Source of the DNA: Bacteroidales bacterium Bact_19
GTDB taxonomy: Bacteria > Bacteroidota > Bacteroidia > Bacteroidales > ML635J-15
Assembly (NCBI GenBank): GCA_001603595.1
Contig: LUZK01000034.1
Coordinates: forward strand, 4,760 to 68,759
Direction of reading: 5' to 3'
Length of the DNA: 64,000 nt
In this document: positions 57,456-64,000 of the stretch, one piece after another
Layout of the letters: every line of letters begins with the position of its first letter
Numbering within the stretch: the first letter of the stretch is position 1
Notes under the pieces: generated by a model
Told to the model about the DNA's origin: nothing
Databases searched by the model: none
The model's input: only the letters and a program-made list of their open reading frames with translations
Program-made: the position numbers and the translations under genes

Positions 57456-58376
57456 TTAATTAACTTTAAATCTAACATCTCCTTTTTCGAAGAAATCAAT
57501 AATTTGTTTGATAGCAGCAATCCCGGCATTTACATTGGCTTCTTCGGTTTGAGCTCCCATTTTTTTCGGAGTGAAAAAGAATCTTCCGGGGAATTTTTCT
57601 GTCATTTCAGCAGCACAATCAGGCGCGATATCAGAAAGATAAGCAAAATCTTTACGTTGAGACATTACTTCAAGCAAATCAACTTCGCTAATAACTTCTT
57701 TTCTTGCAGTATTAACTAAAACCGCATTTTTAGGCATCAACATCATTAAATCTTTGTTTATAGATTTTTTAGTTTTTTCATTTGCAGGAATGTGCAAAGA
57801 AACGTATTGACAATTTTTATACAATTCTTCAACAGATTTTACAGGAATTACACCGTCAGCATGCATTAAAGCATCATCAACAAAAGGATCGAAAGCATAA
57901 ATTTTCATACCGAAACCTTTAGCTATCATTCCAACATATTTTCCTACATTACCGTAAGCATGAATACCAATAGTCTTGCCTCTCAATTCAGAACCTGATT
58001 TGCCGGAGAAGAAAGCCCTTGCATGATAAATCATCATACCGAAGGCAAGTTCTGCAACAGCATTCGAATTTTGTCCCGGCGTATTCATTGCTACAACATT
58101 ATGTTCGGTAGCTGCATTCAGATCAATATTATCATAACCGGCTCCGGCTCTTACAACTATTTTCAAATTTTTACCTGCTTCTATAACTTCTTTATCAACA
58201 ATATCACTTCTAATGATGATTGCATCAACATCTTTAACAGCGTTTAAAAGCTCGTCTTTTGTTTTATAATTTTCGAGTCTCACTAATTCGTAACCCGAAG
58301 ATTTTGCAATCTTTTCAATTTCAATAACAGCATCAGCTGCAAAAGGTTTTTCTGTTGCTAAAAGTACTCTTTTCAT
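57456..58376 (-). CDS. D-isomer-specific 2-hydroxyacid dehydrogenase (3-phosphoglycerate dehydrogenase-like)
   Basis: NAD-binding GIHAYGNVGKYVG and catalytic-region motifs. The ATG at 58376 is preferred over the TTG at 58400. Confidence 0.75.
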   Translation of the reverse strand: MKRVLLATEKPFAADAVIEIEKIAKSSGYELVRLENYKTKDELLNAVKDVDAIIIRSDIVDKEVIEAGKNLKIVVRAGAGYDNIDLNAATEHNVVAMNTPGQNSNAVAELAFGMMIYHARAFFSGKSGSELRGKTIGIHAYGNVGKYVGMIAKGFGMKIYAFDPFVDDALMHADGVIPVKSVEELYKNCQYVSLHIPANEKTKKSINKDLMMLMPKNAVLVNTARKEVISEVDLLEVMSQRKDFAYLSDIAPDCAAEMTEKFPGRFFFTPKKMGAQTEEANVNAGIAAIKQIIDFFEKGDVRFKVN

Positions 58377-58509
58377 ATCATTAAATTTTTGTTTTTTCAA
58401 AAATAGAATTTTTAATAATTGTTTAAAAAAAATTAAACATATTTAAAAACAGATTTTTTGTTAAAATTTTGTTATAATTTTATATTTTTACGTCAATAAA
58501 TTTTTGAAT

Positions 58510-61500
58510 ATGAAAAAGGTATTAAGCATTGTATTCTGGTTAAGTTTGGTCTTTTGTTTCAATCAGGTTTTTTCACAAACCGGAACAGTAAAAGGAATTG
58601 TGACAGACTCTAATGGAGATCCATTGTTTGGAGCTAACATTGTTGTAAAAAATACTTCATTAGGTGTAATCTCCGGTATTAATGGTGAGTTTGTTATAGG
58701 GAATATTCCTGCGGGTGAGAGAATTATTGAAATATCTTTTGTGGGGATGAAAAAACAAGAACACAAGCTTCTTATTGAGGCTAATAAAACCATTACCTTA
58801 AATGTCAAACTCGAAGATGATGCCGTAGTGCTCGAAGATGTTGTAGTTATTGGTTACGGAAGAAGACAAAAAAGAGATGTTACCGGAGCAATATCTTCAA
58901 TAAGTTCCGATGATTTAGGCGATGCGGTTTTGCCAAGTTTGGAATCTTCATTACAAGGTCGAGCTGCAGGTGTACAGGTAACAACTGCTAATGGTATGGC
59001 AGGAGCTCCCATAAATATTAAAGTGCGTGGAACAAATTCAATCTCTGCAGGATCTCAACCATTGTATGTAATTGATGGCATTCCTGTAACAACAGGAGAT
59101 TTTTCGGCTAATAACACAGGTACTGGATTTAATGCACTGAGCGATTTAAACCCAAATGATATTGAATCAATTCAAATTTTAAAAGATGCTGCTGCTGCAG
59201 CAATTTACGGGTCACGCGGAGCTAATGGAGTCGTTTTAATTACAACTAAAAAAGGAAGTGCAGGCAAAACAAAATTTAATATTAACTATTATAGTGGTTT
59301 TGTGGAAGCTGCAAACAGAATCGAACTTATTAACGCTGAACAACATCTTTCATTGAGAGATTCGGCAAGAGTTCGCAAAGGCCTTGATCCAGAGGATAAA
59401 AATTCGATTATTTATACACCCATCAATGGAAGTCCTATTACAAGAGCTATGGCCGATAGCATAGCAGCGCTTGGTGGAACTGATTGGATTGATTTAGTGC
59501 TGCGTCGTGGATTTGTGCAGGAAGTTTCAGCTACTGCTCAAGGCGGTAACGAAAAAACTATCTTTTACATGGGAGTCACCTATAAAGATGAAGAAGGTTT
59601 TGTTATCGGAAATTCTTACAATAGAATCAGCGGAAGAATTAATGTTGAAAACAAGGCTACAGACAAACTCAATATTGGAAGTAATATGTCTGTTTCTTAC
59701 AGTAAAAACAAAAGAGTGCCAACAGGAGATGCAGGAGGTTTAGGATTGGCTCAACAAAATTTACCTTATATTCCGGTTTATAATCCGGATGGTACATATT
59801 TTGATCCATATAGAAATCCTCTCTGGCAACTCGAAAATTGGCATTTCCAGGCAAACTCTTTTAGATCCATCACCGGATTATATCTTAACTATGAATTTAC
59901 AAAAAACTTGAGTTTTAGATCTGAGTTTGGTGTTGACTTTATGAATTTGGGCGAAGACGAATTCAGGTTTAGAAATGTTCAAGATACAGGTTCTGTTTCA
60001 TCAGCTTGGGACAGAAGAACTAATGTTTACAATTATACTACTAACAACTATTTTACCTATAATTTAAAATTGGGAGAACATCAAGACGCAGATTTCACTT
60101 TAGGTCAATCCTATCAAAGGAGTAAAACCAGCGGTGTTGGACTTAACGGATGGAATTTTCCAAATGATATTCTTAGAAGTCCCGGGTCAGCAGATCCTTC
60201 AAATATGTCTGGATATAGTTATTCAACAGGTTTTGCTTTTGATTCTTACTTCTTCAGAGTAAATTACAAACTGTTGAATAAATATCTTGCAGGCTTTAGC
60301 ATAAGAACCGACGGCAGCTCTCGTTTCGGACGCGACAACCGTTACGGTATTTTCCCTGCAGTTTCTGCCGGATGGATAATAAGCGATGAAAACTTTATTT
60401 CGAAGAACGGAACAATAAGTTTCCTAAAACTTAGAGCCTCTTATGGACTCACCGGAAATGCAAATATTGACGATTATGCTCATCTAGGATTTTATGTAGC
60501 CACCGGGGGTTATAATGGATCTTCGGCTATAATACCGGCAACTTTGCCAAATCCACTTTTAAGCTGGGAAAAGTCAGTGATGTTTGATGTTAATATTGAT
60601 TATGGATTTTTTAACAACAGAATAAGTGGTAGCATAACATACTACGACAAACGCAGTTCAGACTTATTGCTTCAAGTTACTCTACCGAGTTCATCAGGAT
60701 ATTCCAAAATTTGGCGAAATATTGGAGCTTTAACAAATAATGGGGTTGAATTAGAAATTACAAGTCATAACATTCAAAAAAGAAATTTAAAATGGACAAC
60801 CAACTTAAACCTAGCACATAACACGAACGTTGTTACAGACGTTGGAGGGTTACCACCTGACGCATTTGACAACAAAACGGGTGGTGATGCACGCGTAATT
60901 TTGGGATATCCTGTGGGTACAGCATATTTAGTTGAATGGGCTGGTGTAGCCAAAGAAAATATGCAAATCGGACTATGGAATGTTGACGGAACTCCGGTAC
61001 TCGACAACGAAGGAAATCAAGTTATGGTAAATGTTCAAGCTGGAACAGAGTTATACTACGACCTTAATGGAAATTTAATGACCTATGCAAATCCTACCGG
61101 CGACTTTTACGGAGACAACAGAAAACCAGCAGGCAATCCTTTCCCTAAAATCGTAGGCGGTTTAACAAACTCATTTAACTGGAAAGGATTTGATTTTAGT
61201 TTTCTATTCACTTTTCAATATGGTAATACAATATATGATGATCAGGCCAAACGTATGATAGGTGATTTTTACAGCATTGCTCAACGTCCCGAAATTCTTG
61301 AAGCATGGTCTGAATCAAATCCCGACTCTGATGTCCCCGGATTAAATCAATACACAACTTATGTAAACTCAACCAGATTCTTATACGATGCTTCCTACAT
61401 CAGATTGAAAAATCTTTCTTTGGGGTATTCATTCAGTAAATCAGTTTGTCAAAAATTAAAACTCAATAGTATGAGAATTTATATTTCAGGAAATAATCTT

Positions 61501-61650
61501 TGGATATACACAAAATACAAAGGTTGGGATCCTGAAGTTATCAGGCATACAAATTACAACGATCCTGATTCAAATGTTTCGTTTGCGGCTCCATCTTTTG
61601 CTACACCGCAAGCCAGAGTAATTATCGGTGGAATTCAAATTACATTTTAA
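58510..61650 (+). CDS. SusC/RagA-family TonB-dependent outer-membrane transporter
   Basis: Signal peptide, CarboxypepD_reg-like domain (GTVKGIVTDSNGDPLFGANI), plug region VVVIGYGRRQKRDVTGAIS, and a C-terminal beta-barrel ending in F. Confidence 0.9.
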   Translation: MKKVLSIVFWLSLVFCFNQVFSQTGTVKGIVTDSNGDPLFGANIVVKNTSLGVISGINGEFVIGNIPAGERIIEISFVGMKKQEHKLLIEANKTITLNVKLEDDAVVLEDVVVIGYGRRQKRDVTGAISSISSDDLGDAVLPSLESSLQGRAAGVQVTTANGMAGAPINIKVRGTNSISAGSQPLYVIDGIPVTTGDFSANNTGTGFNALSDLNPNDIESIQILKDAAAAAIYGSRGANGVVLITTKKGSAGKTKFNINYYSGFVEAANRIELINAEQHLSLRDSARVRKGLDPEDKNSIIYTPINGSPITRAMADSIAALGGTDWIDLVLRRGFVQEVSATAQGGNEKTIFYMGVTYKDEEGFVIGNSYNRISGRINVENKATDKLNIGSNMSVSYSKNKRVPTGDAGGLGLAQQNLPYIPVYNPDGTYFDPYRNPLWQLENWHFQANSFRSITGLYLNYEFTKNLSFRSEFGVDFMNLGEDEFRFRNVQDTGSVSSAWDRRTNVYNYTTNNYFTYNLKLGEHQDADFTLGQSYQRSKTSGVGLNGWNFPNDILRSPGSADPSNMSGYSYSTGFAFDSYFFRVNYKLLNKYLAGFSIRTDGSSRFGRDNRYGIFPAVSAGWIISDENFISKNGTISFLKLRASYGLTGNANIDDYAHLGFYVATGGYNGSSAIIPATLPNPLLSWEKSVMFDVNIDYGFFNNRISGSITYYDKRSSDLLLQVTLPSSSGYSKIWRNIGALTNNGVELEITSHNIQKRNLKWTTNLNLAHNTNVVTDVGGLPPDAFDNKTGGDARVILGYPVGTAYLVEWAGVAKENMQIGLWNVDGTPVLDNEGNQVMVNVQAGTELYYDLNGNLMTYANPTGDFYGDNRKPAGNPFPKIVGGLTNSFNWKGFDFSFLFTFQYGNTIYDDQAKRMIGDFYSIAQRPEILEAWSESNPDSDVPGLNQYTTYVNSTRFLYDASYIRLKNLSLGYSFSKSVCQKLKLNSMRIYISGNNLWIYTKYKGWDPEVIRHTNYNDPDSNVSFAAPSFATPQARVIIGGIQITF

Positions 61651-61667
61651 CTTTAAAACTTTGAATT

Positions 61668-63086
61668 ATGAAAAAGATAAATTTCATCAAAATATTGGTT
61701 ATTATATCACTGGGAGTTTTCATAACTTCATGCGAAAAACTTCTGGATGTTGAACTAAACGACAAAATTCCTAATGAAAACGCAATCAACTCCACAAGAG
61801 ATTTACAACTTGTGCTCAATGGAGCTTATGATGCCATTCAATCAGGCAGCGTACTAGGAGGTAATTTAGTAATTTATGCTGATTTGCTTGCTGACGATTC
61901 AAAAATAGGTAATGAAAATAAACTTAATAGATTCGGAAAATACGAAATCTATAACATGACTTCTTCCCCTCAAATTACAGAAATTGCATCTTTTTGGGGA
62001 ACAGCCTATGCTGCCATTAACAGATCCAATAATGTAATTCATGCAATTGACAATAATCTTGTAAATGACCCTCAATTCGATTTGGAAAAAGACAGATTAA
62101 AAGCTGAAGCATTATTTATCAGAGCCTTATGTCATTTTGAATTGGTAAGATTTTTTGCAAAACCTTATGATGTTGATAATACAGGCAATAACAACCAACT
62201 TGGAGTTCCTTACAGAAGACAGCCTTCTCTTTCACCTGATGATTTACACATGGCTCGTAATTCAGTCGAAGAAGTTTATCAATACATCAAAGAAGACCTC
62301 GAAACTTCGAAAACACTATTTGCAAATGCAGGCGTCTATACATCAAATTCATTAGCTTCTTATATGTCTGCTACAGCATTACTTGCAAGGGTATGTTTCT
62401 TTTCAGGCGATTATACTAAAGCAGCTCAAAACGCAGATGAAGTAATTCAAAGCGGATATTATACATTGGCAGAGGATTATTCATCAATTTTTAAATTAAG
62501 CGGAAACAGTTCAAATCCTGAAGTAATTTTCCAAATAGTGAATATTGTAACCGACAACAGCAATTCTCTAATAGATGCATATTCAAGAAGCAAAAATCCG
62601 CTATTTCAAACTACAGCAACAATATACGACATGTACTCCCCAAATGATATTCGCCGACAAATGATAAATAAATATTTTGTGATATATTATGTGAAAAAAT
62701 ATGACGAAACTCTTATTGACGGAGTTTCTCAACCTCTAAACAGAGTTTATCTACGTTTAGCAGAAATGCACCTTATCAGAGCTGAAGCTAATCTGTTAGA
62801 AGGAGGTCCGGGAAATATTATTCAAGCCTATGACAGTTATAATGCGCTGAGACAAAGAGCTTTTGGCTCAAGTTATGTTCCCGAATCTGTAGCCTTAAAC
62901 GACTTGCTCGATTCGGTGCGTAATGAACGCCGTCGTGAATTATGTTTCGAAGGCGATAGATATCATAATCTTAAAAGAATGAAACAGAATCTTAGAGAAG
63001 GTATTTCATGGAATTCAGATGCTCCTATATTTAAAATTCCGGCTGAAGAAGTTTCAGGTAATAACTTAATGGTTCAAAATCCTTAA
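61668..63086 (+). CDS. SusD/RagB-family nutrient-binding lipoprotein
   Basis: Lipobox FITSCE. SusD-like TPR-rich sequence with C-terminal RNERRRELCFEGDRYHNLKR. Confidence 0.9.
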   Translation: MKKINFIKILVIISLGVFITSCEKLLDVELNDKIPNENAINSTRDLQLVLNGAYDAIQSGSVLGGNLVIYADLLADDSKIGNENKLNRFGKYEIYNMTSSPQITEIASFWGTAYAAINRSNNVIHAIDNNLVNDPQFDLEKDRLKAEALFIRALCHFELVRFFAKPYDVDNTGNNNQLGVPYRRQPSLSPDDLHMARNSVEEVYQYIKEDLETSKTLFANAGVYTSNSLASYMSATALLARVCFFSGDYTKAAQNADEVIQSGYYTLAEDYSSIFKLSGNSSNPEVIFQIVNIVTDNSNSLIDAYSRSKNPLFQTTATIYDMYSPNDIRRQMINKYFVIYYVKKYDETLIDGVSQPLNRVYLRLAEMHLIRAEANLLEGGPGNIIQAYDSYNALRQRAFGSSYVPESVALNDLLDSVRNERRRELCFEGDRYHNLKRMKQNLREGISWNSDAPIFKIPAEEVSGNNLMVQNP

Positions 63087-63163
63087 TAATTACTTAATTC
63101 CGTTGTATTTAAAACTTCTTTGCACATTTTTTGTTTTAACTTGGGATTTGGAATATTAAGATT

Positions 63164-64000
63164 ATGAAGACAAAAATTTCATTATTGCTATTTTTAACAT
63201 TTACCATTAACGGGCTTTTTGGAGCTTTCATTTTAATTCCGATGGATGACACACAAAAAAATCATCTTAAAGCCTACGGGGTTACTTATTGGACTTTACA
63301 AAATCAAATTGAAGCTTGGTGGTTACTAAATTACCGTGGAGGTAGTTTTATAATGCCATACTTTAAAGAAATAGAAAAAGAATGTATAATTCGTGGAGTT
63401 AGTTACGAAATAATTGCAGATGCTCAAAAAAATGCACTTTTTAACGAAATTTCCGCTCCATCTGTAAACATGGATGCCGTTAAACTTGAAAAAGCTCCAA
63501 AAATTGCAGTTTATACGCCACCTTTTAGTCAACCATGGGACGATGCTGTAACACTAGCCTTAACTTATGCAGAAATCCCTTACGATAAAATCTATGATAG
63601 AGAAATTTTAAACGGTGAGCTTGCAAATTATGATTGGTTACACCTTCACCACGAAGATTTTACAGGGCAATATGGCAAGTTTTATGGAGCTTATGGAAGA
63701 ATGCAGTGGTATAAAGACAATCAAAAACGAAGCGAAGAAGAAGCTTTCTCTATGGGATTTAATAAAGTTTCGCAATTGAAATTAGCAGTAGCCAAAACTA
63801 TAAAAGCTTATGTTGCCGAAGGAGGATTCCTGTTTGCAATGTGTTCGGCAACTGATTCTTTCGATATTGCCCTTGCTGCCGAAGGTGTTGATATTTGCGA
63901 ATGGATGTATGACGGTGACCCTGCTGATCCAGATGCTCAACAAAAATTAGACTATTCGAAAACTCTGGCTTTTACCAATTTTAAGCTTGTAATGAATCCT
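63164..64000 (+). CDS. Hypothetical secreted protein, 3' end cut by the window (at least 279 codons); possibly a GATase1/ThuA-like fold
   Basis: ATG at 63164, open in frame to position 64000, with a signal peptide MKTKISLLLFLTFTINGLFGA. Not listed in the supplied ORF track. The antisense 63326-63532 ORF is spurious. Confidence 0.7.
   Translation, partial: MKTKISLLLFLTFTINGLFGAFILIPMDDTQKNHLKAYGVTYWTLQNQIEAWWLLNYRGGSFIMPYFKEIEKECIIRGVSYEIIADAQKNALFNEISAPSVNMDAVKLEKAPKIAVYTPPFSQPWDDAVTLALTYAEIPYDKIYDREILNGELANYDWLHLHHEDFTGQYGKFYGAYGRMQWYKDNQKRSEEEAFSMGFNKVSQLKLAVAKTIKAYVAEGGFLFAMCSATDSFDIALAAEGVDICEWMYDGDPADPDAQQKLDYSKTLAFTNFKLVMNP

Noticed and set aside
1-64000. Search for tRNA, rRNA and CRISPR arrays
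   Set aside because: No TpsiC-type GGTTCGAATCC-like arms sit in ORF-free sequence, there are no rRNA-like GC-rich stretches, and there are no short regularly spaced direct repeats. The ORF-free regions are all shorter than 420 bp.

Overview
This is an AT-rich chromosomal segment, roughly 30% GC by eye (not computed). It looks like an anaerobic Bacteroidota genome. The evidence is two C-terminal type IX secretion (T9SS) sorting domains, a SusC/SusD pair, BatD/BatE-like genes, TAnnTTTG -7 promoter boxes and a HydB/HydA [FeFe]-hydrogenase. About 85% of the window is tightly packed housekeeping genes: rsmA, aroC, cstA, moxR, rmuC, rsmD, a recD-like helicase, three SurA/PpiD-type PPIases, guaB, recQ, an aminotransferase and a serA-like dehydrogenase. 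I saw no rRNA, tRNA or CRISPR array.

The accessory content is:
1. A 2460-aa T9SS adhesin-like gene (9698-17080) that carries mosaic, near-identical internal duplications.
2. An unclassified IS-like element (about 17167-18724). It encodes a Zn-ribbon/HTH transposase-like protein and has imperfect terminal inverted repeats and long non-coding ends.
3. An internally deleted second copy (about 29459-30157) with a nonsense codon. It abuts a further solo terminus, and the two together form a long palindrome.
4. Several short GC-enriched intergenic islands (3411-3490, 9413-9445, more weakly 41536-41605) that align by eye to the termini of that element. This suggests a dispersed MITE-like or solo-end family.
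5. A co-directional block next to the IS relics (30267-37703): a fused ABC transporter, a T9SS cargo protein and a 718-aa secreted protein.

The dispersed terminal-module family, with its single ORF-bearing copy, is my best candidate for something not yet described. All alignments were done by eye and need computational confirmation. One long ORF that runs off the 3' end (63164-64000) is missing from the supplied ORF track.
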